From: Cenococcum geophilum | Taxonomy: Eukaryota | Length of the DNA: 64,000 bases | Direction of reading: 5' to 3' | NCBI GenBank assembly: GCA_050273025.1 | Contig: CP158636.1 | Coordinates: 3,658,001-3,722,000 of the forward strand | Shown here: positions 40,601-52,738 of the stretch, piece by piece | Numbering within the stretch: position 1 is the first letter of the stretch | Layout: every line of letters starts with the position of its first letter | Notes under the pieces: model-generated | Databases searched by the model: none | What the model saw: the letters and a program-made list of their open reading frames with translations, nothing else | Told to the model about the DNA's origin: nothing | Translations under genes and position numbers: made by a program

Positions 40601-40790
40601 TGCGGTACTCCCGTTATATTGCCCTAATTGTCTTCCGCTATTAAGCCATTTTAGGGGTATTTTAACTATTCTGGCCGCGAGGCAGGAAGGCGTTCTCAGT
40701 ATCGTTTTTAGGTAGTGCAGTTTGCTAGCGCCTTATAGGACGATTCCTAGTAGTAGAACCTAACTCTATAAGAGCTCTCCGCTTATTTAA
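28700..40790 (-). mobile_element. Helitron2/Helentron-type rolling-circle element (Rep + PIF1 helicase), RIP-inactivated, split by the Copia at 32064-38525; termini not resolved
   Basis: Minus-strand FPTLFPY..ADFN, LFFILSAANLH* (HLE2-type motif), YKW*V*GSGYIYSFLW (HUH) and NYIGKYCSK (Y2). Helicase motifs EAGTGK, AAPTRVTAFNING, YLILNEKSI and LLVGDFY*LPP. The frame is restored (KKGS|AGVKECRF) when the Copia is removed. Confidence 0.85.
32064..38525 (+). mobile_element. Full-length Ty1/Copia LTR retrotransposon (GalEa-like), RIP-inactivated
   Basis: 271-bp LTRs (32064-32334, 38255-38525) and 5-bp TSD GGAGC. Domain order is gag, PR (IIDIGASKKSTVG), IN (RLHRRFGH), RT (KLRLIIxAYND), RH (FTDASFANN, CTDLKSLY, EKRL). 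Confidence 0.93.
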
Positions 40791-41870
40791 ATCATATTTA
40801 GAGGCCTAAAAAAGTAAGTAAAAGTAGAAGTAATATATAGGGAAGACGCGCCTTTAACCGATATAACTGGCACAGCTTTAAAATCTTATTTAAAGGGCCG
40901 TCTTTAACAAAGTTAAGGCGGGGCTTATGGATATAGCACTTGCTGCACTTAATTACAGTAGGATCTGCCATATTTATAATATATATTGTGGTATTAATAG
41001 AGGTGTTAATAAAAAGGAAGGCGTAATACTAGGATATTTTAATATTTATAATATTTTGATATTCGTCACGTGGATTCTGCCATAACTTACCGCGCGTAAG
41101 TTTTTTTTCTAACCAATCAAAGGCTGGCTTGGCGAGGGTTTAAAAATTTAGACACCTATACACCTGAAAGTAATAGACCACTCGTACCTCGGGTCAATAA
41201 TTTCCTAGACAACGTGCGAAGAATAAGGAAGTAGGATGTTTGGGAACTTTAATAACAACAAAGCGCAAGCATTTCCTTCATACACCTTTTCCAGTGCTTG
41301 CAAAGACCCAGGTCTATGCAGTATGAACCATGTATCGCTACATTTAAAGATTGCAAGATGCTAAATTTTCCATCAAAGTAGCAATACATCCCAGCAATTA
41401 AATTAAGAATATTGTACTCCAGAATCGCGTATTGGAGCTCTCTAAAATACATGCAAATCCAGGTTCTCCTTCGCAAATTGAGTGAAGATAATGGCAACAG
41501 TTACACAAAAGCCCCTATCGAGTTAGGATGCAAAGTATGCCTCAACTTCACTATTTGACTCCCATGCGCCACTCATGTGTACGCGTGATTCGGTATCCTG
41601 GTTGTGTCCTCGTTGGTGGCCAGAAGGCATGGCAAGGACGATACAAACAGTCTCCTCTATCCACTTTACGCCCGAGCCAACGGCAAATATCTAGGTAGGA
41701 TAACCCAACTCGGCAGATGGAGCCACACAAACCAGCGTCGAATGCCGAGCTAGCTAGAAGTCATGCATAACTCAACACCTTGGAAAGGCAAATGGTCGCG
41801 GGACTTGACTAGCTTGTCATAAATAGAAGCAGATTCGTGTTTTATTTCAACCCATTCACACATTACTTGA

Positions 41871-44116
41871 TCAACGTCTGATAGCTCCCTCCAGCAACTT
41901 GCGTATTTTGAGTGTCCTAGATCTGCCACCTTTCGAGTATGCGAACCATAGCTTATCTAGAAGTTCTAAAGGTGTAACTATTTCACGTCGTAAGGAGTTT
42001 CTACGGAAAATTTTGGAACGGCCTATGAAAGAGCAGGTCGCTCGCAAGCCCGGGTCGGCACCATGTTGCAATAATAGCTGGACTGTGTTAAAGTTCAACA
42101 CTGTTACCGCAGCATGAATTGCAGAGCCATGGAGTCCACCGTGAATGTTAGGCTTTGCACCGCAACCCAAAAGTAGTTCCACGACTAGTTTAACTGAATA
42201 TGTGGTGTCTGGAATGGAGCATACAAACTGAAGTGCGGTAAACCATTTGCCTCCGGTCTCATTAAAATTTGCCCCATGGACGGCGAGGAGGCTCAGAATT
42301 TCGATACAATCATCGACCCTCCAGGCAATAGATGTATCATGTGAAGTTAGAAAAGCGCGGATTGGAGAAGTGCCATGTTCTGGACCATTCACATTAGCCC
42401 CTGCGAGAAGTAGCATCTCGACTGCTTGCGGGTTTACGTGTTGTGCCGCAACCCCGAGTGCAGTAATTTGACCCTCTGGGGAGTAAGCTTTCATCCCAAC
42501 GCTGATGTCGACTCCATATTCAAGTAGAACTGCGAGACAACGCGGGCTTTTCGCCGCCCTTCCTATTGGCGTATTCTGGATAGTACGATGCGGAGATGAT
42601 TCTAATCCGTTAGGGTTGGCTCCTCGCCTGAGTAGATCCCTGATTTGGCTGATGTCAACATCCCTGATTTGGCTGATGTCAACATCCCTGATTTGGCTGA
42701 TGGTTTGGCAGACATCCCCAAGATTCCGCACTAGCTCGCGAGTCAAGGACTCGTACTCCTCTGGTGACAGCTTTGAGCGCTCATCAAATGCTTTCGCAAT
42801 CGCTACGTGATTGACCTCAACGCGATTATTTGCAGACAAGCGGGCCTCATTCTGGTTGAGCCTTTTCCTATACTCCTCCAGCCTTTTCAGCCCCTCCTCG
42901 TGAAGTATCTGCTTCACTTCCCGTTTTTCCCGGTGTTGTTCATTTGTCATGCGAAGCTAGACTAGAATGTTAATTTCGGTAAATGAAAAAAGAACCCAGG
43001 AATACTCACTTCTTCCGTCTCGTCCTCTATGGCCATAGCGAGGCCGGCCTGCCTCTTTCGTTCAGCCTCGACAGCGTCATGCAGATCTTTGGGAGCTTCA
43101 GAGAAATTTCTTTTTTTGCTTCCATGCGACTCCGACTCACTAATTCCGCCAAGGGATGATTTGGGGCTATTAAAAGAGCTATCGACTAAAACCGAAGCGT
43201 CTTCTATTATAGTTCTCGGCGCTTTAGAGATGGTATATACTGAGCTTGATTCCTCGTCGTGGTCTTCAAATAGCCCGTCTATGATGTTCTTGGGGAGCTC
43301 CTGGGTGTTGTCCTGCGGAAGATTCAGGTGCTCTAAATGACGCTCGATTTCTTCTTGTTCCGCTACGGCTCTAGGCGTACTAGGAGCCGTTTCTTCCTCT
43401 AGTTCCCCATCGGAAGCATCGTACGTAGTCTCGGCGTAGGTTGTCAGGTTGTCCAAGTATCTCTGGAGCATGAAACCTGACAAGCCATGCCCTTCTAGAC
43501 CCTGTAGCTCCACGTTCTTCGGAAGTTTCGCCTGTAGCCGTGCAATCTCTATCAGTATCTGGGTAGTGTCCTCTTTGATGCCCGGAATGGCAGCAGTGTC
43601 ATCCCGGATTTCTTGGGTATCTGCTTTGATATCTCGCATTATAGACCTAGATTACATTCATTAGCACACGTTCATAGCCTTACACTAACGAACTCACATC
43701 TCAACCATCTGCAATGCAATATCCAACGCGCTTTTATGAGCTTCCAAGCTGCTTCTTAACTGCTCCATATCGGACTTCCCACTCCAGCTCCATTGCACGC
43801 CCTTCTTCAGCCTCGCAGACTCGCCACCATGTTTCTCCAGCGATGCTTCAATCTGACTAACCACACCACCGCAGTTCTTCACGATGCCTGCGACCTGCTG
43901 TGCCAGCGATGGCGGGAATGCGCTGCGGGCAGTGTTGCCGGCATCGTGGGCCAACATCTCTAGCACCGTCGTGAGTGAGTGCAGCTCGCGGGACACTGCG
44001 TCGAGGTCGCTGCGGGCGCCGCGGACCTCCCGCACGAAGCCATTAATCCGGACCGTGAGCTTGGTGATAGTCGCGACCAGCGTGACACAGCCGGTTGTTA
44101 TAGAAAGCGGATCCAT
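41871..44116 (-). CDS. HeLo-like fungal N-terminal domain + ankyrin-repeat protein (713 aa; introns 43647-43697 and 42957-43009)
   Basis: Exon 1 MDPLSITTGCVTLVATITK...VRGARSDLDAVSRELHSL is typical of the Helo_like_N / fungal STAND N-terminal domain. An acidic linker is followed by ankyrin repeats (LLRRGANPN, TALGVAA...LLLAGANVN, SAIHAAV...LLLQHGADP). Exon lengths sum in frame. Confidence 0.85.
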
Positions 44117-44473
44117 AGGTGCGGCAAGCGGTACCTAAAAGTAGGTGGCCATTAATTTCCTTACGATGTTCATGGGCGCAGAGGTAAGGCTGCAGTGGGG
44201 GCTGAAGCAGCGAAGGTTAGGTCGATGAAACAGCGAGCTGAGGCGCAGTCATGCATGCAGACAATTCCCTTTTGACTGGTATTTATGGTCATTTCATTTA
44301 TGCCAAATCCAGTGGCCTCGATTCGAGTAAGTAATCCATACAACTCAGATAGCACCCCCAAACCAATTGCAGTCCTCAAATAGAAAATCTATATACGATG
44401 CGCGCTTCAAAACCAACTCCAGAGCTTGACACCCTTCACCAAGTTCGCTGAACATTGGCGAGAATGACACCGC

Positions 44474-45264
44474 TCATAGACCTGCAGCATGTCTTAAGGC
44501 TTCGGTTTCCCAGAGATTGAGGCTCCTCCTGACTTCCCTCTTGCGAAGATTTCTGCCCAGGATGTCCCCAATAAGATTGGCGTGCTCGTTGTCGTTCCGC
44601 CGTTGAGCGCCATCTGCGTTCCCACCATTACCATTTCCACCTTTTGCATTCGCATTTTCACCATTACCTTTACCTCCTGCCGCCGCCGCTGCTTTGTGGT
44701 GCTTCTTCTCCGTGGTTCCATTGTTGGCTGCCGCAGTGGCATTTGTGGCTGCCGCAGTCGCGTTTCCAGCGTTACCACCTTCACCCCCCTTTCCCTTCTT
44801 CCCTTTCCCGGTGTGTGTCATCGTGCCATTAGTCGCTGCTGCTGCCGCCGTTGAGTTTGAGTTTGCGCCAGCTACTCCGGCTCCCTTTTTCTTTCCCTTG
44901 GAGGCTTCTAGAATGCATCGTCAGTTTGTATTACCTAGATAGCTAACGCAACACATACTGGTCTTAGCCGCCTCGCCATCATGTCTAACTGTCAAGAGAG
45001 ATGATACAGCATCCCGCAGAGCAATTGCTCTCTTGGTAATCCAGTCAGACTCTTCGAAGGCAATGTCCTCACCGCGAGCGAAGTTTGTGGAAGGAATGTT
45101 AAGTCCTTCAATGCCACTGTTGGTCATGACAGCTTGTATTGCTATTAGTCAAGACCAGAAAAGGTAGGTAACGGTCTCAGCTTACGTCCAGGCTTGACAG
45201 GAACTGGGTTGGCAGCCACTAAGGCCACCGAAAGGAACGTGATAAGAGGATAAACAGTCTTCAT
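44474..45264 (-). CDS. Small secreted Ala/Gly/Asn/Lys-rich protein (228 aa; introns 45133-45185 and 44908-44958)
   Basis: Signal peptide MKTVYPLITFLSVALVAA|NPVP; canonical introns join in frame; several N-x-T sequons and KR/RR dibasic sites. Confidence 0.8.
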
Positions 45265-46843
45265 GATAGAATGATATAAGGAAGAGAGGAGAAGCGAGTG
45301 TTTTCGTGGTAGTTAATGATTGAATGAGGTGAAGAAGCAAGCAGGTCAGGGAATGAGATTTGAGCCCGGCTCTTTCGAAAAGAATGAAGATAGAAGGAAA
45401 ATGAGTGTCCAGCACAAGTAAACGAAACTGAAAGGTGGGGATGGAAGTGTAGATCCTTAAGCTGCCGCAGACATAAGGTATATGTAGAAACGGCCGAGAA
45501 CGGTCGGAGAGTAAATAAGGTCAAAGATCGGCCCCAAAAGAAGACGGAATTAGATGCAACATCTTTCCAGAATTCGATTCATATCTAACTCAAGACGTGT
45601 GGAGGATGCCTGAGCCTTAGGGAATTTTAATAGGGACTCTGAGAACAAAGACCCACCTCTCGAGCGGAGAGTGGTGGTATTCATTGCCAAGTGTTCTTGG
45701 CTGGCGATTTCTCATCCTGATTCAGAACATAAGATAGGATGGAGCACGTCCCGAGCAGGAGAACAGCTTCAGAAACGAACGAATCACAAACATGAGAAAA
45801 GTAACATGACGTGATTTGAAGAGGACCGACCACTACAAAAGGAGATTCAAAACTCTGGCCCCAACGTCTGTTGTCTGAGACCGCGTAACAGGGGAGGCTG
45901 GAAGGCAAAGGATGGTAATGAAGCTTAATAAAACGCATAAGCTTGGCTTGGGTAGTCAAACGAGGAACCGAGAAGCCCGCGTTGCGAATATGAAGCTTGA
46001 CGGGTTTCAGGCCCTCGATACTGCTCACGTAACAGCCTCCCAACACTGGCCCTAAGAATTCTTCTTTTCAACAACGGAACAAGCCGTGGCGGCGCGGAAG
46101 AAAATGACAGCCGCTCAGCCAGTTTCAGCCGAATCCTGCCTTGGGGCCGGTAAGAAATCCAAGGTCGAATAGACGACGGACACAAAGTGGTTGATAGAGC
46201 TTGGCAGCGGTGAGAGTCAACATACGCGTATGCTTGCCTCCGCAACATAAATGGAACGTCGGAAGAACAGCGGTTACTGAGGCAATCCAAAAGGAGTCGA
46301 CAATGCGAAGAGAGTAAGAGGTGGTTCTTATGATGGACAGGAAATACTTCAGGAGAAGGAGAAGGAGGAGGCTCAATCTAAGCTGCAAGTAACATTCGGT
46401 TATTACTGACTTCATTGACGTAGCTTATGGGATTTTGACGGATGGTCTTACCGCTTGCCTATTTAAGCTTAGGTAGGGATCAAGCTATATCAGCCAAAGC
46501 GCTTACGATCGCTGCGTAATTGACGGTAGAGGCATCTACTATTACATTTGAGGTAAGGCTTTGATTATAAAACTAAAGCTTCATTTTATTAATATCGTAT
46601 ATAGTGCTGCGTGATGGCTTTTATTAAGAAAATGCCTGCAATTAAGCATTTGAGGCATTAGTTTTGATGTTCAAAACCGTCAAAAGCCCATAAGCTACGT
46701 TAGTGGTTCGTTTAGATTTTCGGTCGTGCTCTTTCCACTCGGTGTTTGCTACGGATAATTATGCAACTTCGTCATTCGAATGCAGTGACTTTTGCACCCA
46801 ACGAACTCTTTCCAATGCTCCATTCCGCCAAACCTACCCTACA

Positions 46844-48784
46844 ATGGCCTCCAAGACCCTCTCCTCGTCGATAACATGGCGCAGTCTTCACTCTCCAGCT
46901 CGTTTAATTTGTACAGCTGCTCGACCTACTCGCACTGCCACACGAAGAAATATTTTCGACGCGTACCGGCCTGCCCTCCGCGTTGCCGGTCAGAGGAGAG
47001 CAATCACGAACACCGCTCGAGCAAGGTTTGCAGAAGCGCAGGACTCACTTGACCCGCGCCAACAGGAACGGGAAAGCGACCAGGTGGATGTTTGCATTGT
47101 GGGTGGCGGGCCAGCAGGCCTCAGCGCCGCCATACGACTGAAACAATTAGCCAACGACGCTGGCAATGAAGACTTCCGGGTGCTGCTGCTGGAGAAGGCC
47201 GGCGAACTGGGGGATCATATCTTGTCTGGAAACGTGGTGGAACCTTCTGCTCTAAATGAGCTGCTTCCGGACTGGAACTCGGAGGATAACCCAAGCCGAT
47301 TCGAGCATGTCACGCCTGCAAAGGTTGACAAGATGCGGTTCCTTACCAAAAACCAAGTCATTCCAATCCCAAAACCCCCACAGATGAACAATCACGGCAA
47401 TTATATCATAAGTCTAAACCAATTCGTCAAGTGGCTAGGAGAGCGCGCAGAAGAGGTGGGAGTAGAAATATACCCTGGCTTTGCGGCATCTGAGGTATTA
47501 TATACACACGATGGATCTGTGAAAGGCGTTGCTACGAATGATTTGGGCATCTCGAGAGAGGGTAAGCCTAAAAATTCATTTGAACGAGGCATGGAATTCC
47601 ATGCTAGGGTCACCCTGCTTGCTGAGGGCTGCCATGGAAGTCTGACAAAACAAGTCATCAAAAAATTTGATCTCAGGCGGGACAGCCAACATCAGACTTA
47701 TGGCCTCGGGATTAAAGAGGTGTGGGAGGTGCAGCCAGAGAAATTCCAGGAAGGTTTGGTCGTCCACTCCATGGGTTATCCTCTGCCATCGGATACCTAT
47801 GGCGGTGGCTGGATGTATCACTTTGGTGAAAACATGGTTAGTATTGGTCTCGTCGTGGGTCTGGACTATCCGAACCCTTGGTTGGCACCGTATGGGGAGT
47901 TTCAGAAGATGAAGCATCACCCTCTATACAAATCCGTCCTCGAGGGAGGAAAGTGTATCTCTTATGGCGCGAGAACCTTGAACGAAGGTGGCTTTCAATC
48001 AATACCAAAGTGTGCCTTCCCTGGAGGGGCTCTCATTGGTGATACTGCTGGATTCCTCAATGTTCCTAAGATCAAGGGCACGCATACGGCCATGCGGTCA
48101 GGAATGTTAGCTGCAGAGGCTACCTATAACGCACTCACATCATCTGATGATGGCAGTGTTTTCCTGTTTGAGTACGAGGACAAGCTCCGGGCCTCCTCCA
48201 TCTGGTCCGAGCTCAAGCAGGTCCGAAATATGAGACCATCATTTCACAGCTCACTTGGCTTATATGGTGGGGTTTTATATTCCGGTTTGGAAGCATATAT
48301 ACTCCGTGGAAACGTTCCTTGGACTTTAAAGCATGGGAAACCCGATCATGCTGCAACAAAGACTGCCGGTCAGTGCAAGAAGATCGAATATCCTAAGCCA
48401 GATGGCAAGATCAGCTTTGATATTTTGACCAGTGTGAGTCGAACGGGGACCAACCATGAGGAAGATCAACCTGTGCACTTGCAAGTCAAGGACTGGGACA
48501 AGCATACTCAGCTCGAGTGGCCCAAGTACAAAGGAGTTGAGAACCGATTCTGCCCAGCTGGCGTGTACGAATACGTCGAGGATGACAGCAAGGATCTTGG
48601 GGTCAGATTCCAGATCAATGCCCAAAAGTAAGTTCTGAACCCAAAGTTCCCTGGAGCGTCCGTGCTTGAAACTGACATTCTTAGCTGCATTCATTGCAAG
48701 ACGTGCGATATCAAGGATCCCGACCAAGACATAAACTGGACCACACCTCAGGGAGGTGAAGGCCCAAAGTATGTGTTGACTTGA
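46844..48784 (+). CDS. CIR2: Electron transfer flavoprotein-ubiquinone oxidoreductase, mitochondrial (627 aa; intron 48628-48684)
   Basis: [19 protein letters not shown] motif and [15 protein letters not shown]; 4Fe-4S motif FCPAGVYE...[14 protein letters not shown]. True start is the ATG at 46844. Confidence 0.96.
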
Positions 48785-49621
48785 GATGGCGGGTCAGTTC
48801 CGGGTACACAGTTGCTGCGCGTCATCTGGAGGACACAGCCCTATGCATGCTGATGTTTTTTGGCAATGAAATTACGCAGCACTCTCAACGGCAAAACGGC
48901 AAAACGGCAAAATGGTGCCAAGAGGGTTGTATTATGTATAATGTAAATAGCTTACTCGTACCCGCTCTCGCGATGGGCGCGGGCGGAGATATGACCTCAA
49001 TGCCAGGCTGGCAGACAAGGTAGTCCCCTTGCACGGGATGTCTTGGGACAATGGGCTGGGACAATGACTTAGGAGAACAGAAACAGCGAGTTGGGCATTC
49101 ACTCTGCAGCCGTGACTGGGCATTTGGTGATTCGCCTCGTGGTCGCAGTGTGCAAGGTCGCACCAGGCATATAGCTATCATGGCCATTAGATAATAGCTC
49201 TTGTCGGTGGATTGGACAGCTCGAGGCCGAAAGCAGCCACCGTAAGCGCAGCCGATAGGGGCTTAGCGGCTGACAGTAGCGCGAAGAAGTGAGGCGAACC
49301 TGTGTCGCCCAGTCGTCCAACTTTTCCTTCCAACCCAACTTCAGACCACCCACCATCATCTCCATCACTTCCACCAAAACCACTACCACCTTCCCTCATA
49401 ACCCCCACTAGGTCCCTCCCACATTCCTATCCGCCCTACAAATACTTCTTCCGCGCGGGCGCTTACTCGATATCGGCTGTGCTGCCACCTGTGGCCTCGC
49501 CTCACTTTTCTGGCTCCGACTTCAAGGCCAAGGCTACCGCGCGTTTTTTTTTCCTGGTGGTAGAAACATATTCAGCTCGACTCCTTCGCTGGAACAAAGC
49601 CCGTCACGTTAGGCGTCCACC

Positions 49622-51279
49622 ATGACTGAAGTGTCCTCTACGCGACTCTACCTTGGTAACCTACCTCGCAATGGTATGCTTGAACTTCCTACCCTGGATG
49701 GAGCTCCACCCGAGGGCGCAATGCTTTGGATAAGGAACCTTCGTGGATCCGGGATCACTCTCTCCTCCGTGGAATTTGGCGTCGCTGACTAGCAAACCCG
49801 TGCAGCCACAAAGGCCGATGTTGAAGCTCATTTCCAAACCCATGGCACCGGCGAGATTACAGAAATCAAACTCATGAATGGCTTCGGCTTCATCGAGTAC
49901 AAAGATGCCATGGACGCGCGCGATGTCGTTCCAGGTAAGATGCTCAATCCATTGTATCTAACGCTCACGCAAGGCGCACATGCTAACTCATTTTCTCCAA
50001 CAGCCTTCCGTATGTATTCTTCCTTTCTTTCATCACGCAATACCTAACTCTCGCCGGTTTCTAGATGGCTCCGACTTCATGGGAGAACGTCTGATTGTGC
50101 AGTTCGCGCGCGGATCGCGTCGGAATGAGAACTTTGCTCACCAAGAACGCGCTGCTCCACGTCCCAGACGGACTGCCTTCCGGATGCGTATATCTGGCCT
50201 TCCTGTTGAGACCAGCTGGCAGGTTAGCTCACTCCCCATATCATTTGGTTCTTGGACCACTGGATGCCTTTCAGTTTTGGATTTTTGAGTTCTTTGTTTT
50301 GTTTCATCCATGGCTTCTATCCAATTCACCTCATACCCCTCCGTTGGCCATATCTATCCATCAGGAACAGAACCCACCAACCTGTTTCTTTCACTGCACA
50401 GCCTAGGAATTTTTGTACCAGCAGGTTTGGATCTGAAACCTCGCCCATCCATCTACGAGGTTTAGCATATCGTCAGGATTTCTTGGATTACTTGTTTGCT
50501 TTCTTCGTCGTTAAGGAATGAATCTGGCTGTAGGCAACTGGACTTACAGGACCTTGTAGGACCTCAAAGATTTTGCCCGCCAATCTGGACTCGATGTCGT
50601 CTACTCCGAAGTCGGCCGCGATCGCGACGGGTCTGGGTATGTTGAATCTCATAATGGAGAGTACACACAGGATAATTGACTAGTTTTTAGGTTCGTGGAG
50701 TACGAAACCCCTGCGGATTTGAAGAACGCAGTCGAGAAGCTAGACGGTCGTGAATTCAAGGACAACACCGTTCGATGCGTGCAGGACGTCAGCTCTCCAC
50801 CGCCCCAGCCGCCATTTAAAATGCGTCAGCCTTACCCAGCACAGGCTCAAGACGAACGTCCTCGCGATCGTTTCCGGTCTCGTTCGCCTCCCCCTGGCCG
50901 TCGGGGGTATCCTCCTGCGCCAGATGACTATTATCATGATCGCCGTGGTCCTCCTCGAGGCTATAGTCCTCGTCGCGATGACTATCGCCGGCGCTCGCCG
51001 CCACCACGCGATTACTATGATTCTCGCGATCGCTATGGCCGCGCCTCACCCCGCCCACGTGGTCCTGTTGATGAGTATGGACCTCCTCGCCCCCGCTACC
51101 CTGAAGATGGCTACGATGCGCGTGGACCGCCGCCCCGTCGTGGTTATGAGGCTGATCCGTACATGAATGGTCATGGTAGACCGTACGATGGCCGCCCTCC
51201 GTCCCCTAGGGGCCGTCCTAGGAGCCCAGGCCGTACTGGCTATGACGACGGCTACGCTCCACGTCCCCGCTATTGGTGA
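49622..51279 (+). CDS. srp2: SR-family splicing factor, Srp2/SRSF4-6-like (RRM + pseudo-RRM + RS/RD tail; 7 exons, 317 aa)
   Basis: Exons 49622-49673, 49806-49934, 50004-50009, 50065-50222, 50560-50636, 50691-50787 and 50845-51279. They give RLYLGNLP, GFGFIEY and SWQ|DLKDFAR. Confidence 0.92.
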
Positions 51280-52206
51280 ATACTCCTTTACTTCCGTGCT
51301 CTCTCTAGCGCAGCTTTTTGCAGGTGCATTGAAAGAAGGCTCACCCTCGCAGACACTCCCATTACGTACCCTGTCACTCACCCCATATACGCCTTGGCTA
51401 CCAAACGTTTACGGCTGAGTGAGATGTGTAGGATTATCAGACCAATTATGGTTTAAGGGTTCCCTCGGATGTTCGTCTGTTTCTCATATCTCTTTTCCTT
51501 TCTCTGTATGATATGGGCCGGCATGCTGTGACTACTCGTTCAGCGTGGGTAGGATTGGATTCATTTACTACTCTTTACATCTCAACTACTTTCGAGAGTG
51601 GTGGGCGGTCTAATTGTCGTTCGCTCCCAAGGATTGATCTGCTTCGATGACATGAGCATATTGACCTCTTTATTTAGCTGGGCGGTTCGCTTTCTGGGCG
51701 GTTACAGAGAGACAGAACCCGGTCTATCTTATTTTGTTTCGTGTGCTTCAATGGTCTTAGGCTTTCGTGGGCGGGTTGCGGAAAATGGGGGGTTTGGGTG
51801 GTGGTTCTGTAGCTGTGTTATAAAAGTTATGGGATCTGGGTTTCGCTCACTGTCTGCTGTTAGTGATTACAGTTACTTTGTGATAGGTGGATATCTAGTT
51901 TAACTTCTATAATCCTAGTACTACTTGGCGCCGCTACTGTTATTCTAACTCTGCTACCGCGTATCAATTCTTTTTTCCTGTCCACCAATCTAGCAAGGTA
52001 ACTCTAGCGCGTTCGAGTCAATAAAAGCCTAAATATAAAAACGATAGAGACCTTTTTAGCCTTCTAGACCCGCTTTTTATACCTAGCCGGCTAAGCCTAA
52101 ATTCCCTATAAAGACCTAATACTAGACCTCTTTAACAAGCTTACCCTAGACCTATAGCGCGCTATATTATTAGTTTTTACTACTATATAGACGCTAAAGG
52201 TACTTA

Positions 52207-52347
52207 TCCCTTAACCCGTCAAAATTGGTCCTTCTCTTATCGATAAAAATTAGACCAATCGGAGTGGTTGGATAAATATAAAATATCCCAATCAATAATA
52301 ATAGCGAATATTTATCGATAAGAGATGGGCGCTGACGGGTTAAGAGA
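52207..52347. mobile_element. 141-bp MITE
   Basis: TIR TCCCTTAACCCGTCA / TGACGGGTTAAGAGA flanked by TA; internal inverted repeat CTCTTATCGATAAA. Confidence 0.8.
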
Positions 52348-52437
52348 TAGACTACTGCCTAGCTATTAACTAAGGCTTTTATTAAATTAAGGCACGAGCT
52401 AAGTAGTATAAAGCTAGAAACTTTTTAAACTAGACTA

Positions 52438-52738
52438 TCCCTTAGCACGGTAGCGTCCTACGAGCAATGGTCTGTGCGCGAACACCAAAATCAGAACAAC
52501 GCGATAACTATGTGAATTCAAGCAGTCAATTGCCCACCACCGTTCTGCAAGGAGGACAAATGCTAGCTACCTTATATTAAGCGACTTGACTCCAAAGATT
52601 GAGCGTTTTTATCAAAATACTATAGCATTTGGCCAATATTAAAGGCTTCGAATTCCTGAGTACAGGCACTGAATTCGGCTCCTCTAATTGGCTAGTTCTT
52701 ATCGATACCGGTAGGACGCGAAGTACCGTGCTAAGGGA
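52438..52738. mobile_element. 301-bp MITE
   Basis: TIR TCCCTTAGCACGGTA / TACCGTGCTAAGGGA flanked by TA. Confidence 0.8.

Larger units (their letters stand above)
15620..41200. repeat. AT-rich RIP-degraded transposon block 1
   Basis: Abrupt compositional switch, TpA excess and CpA/TpG depletion, and transposon ORFs riddled with TAA/TAG at Gln/Trp codons. Boundaries approximate. Confidence 0.9.

Noticed and set aside
46703..46843. N-terminal extension of the ETF-QO ORF from a GTG start
   Set aside because: Eukaryotic gene; the ATG at 46844 has good context and begins a typical mitochondrial presequence.
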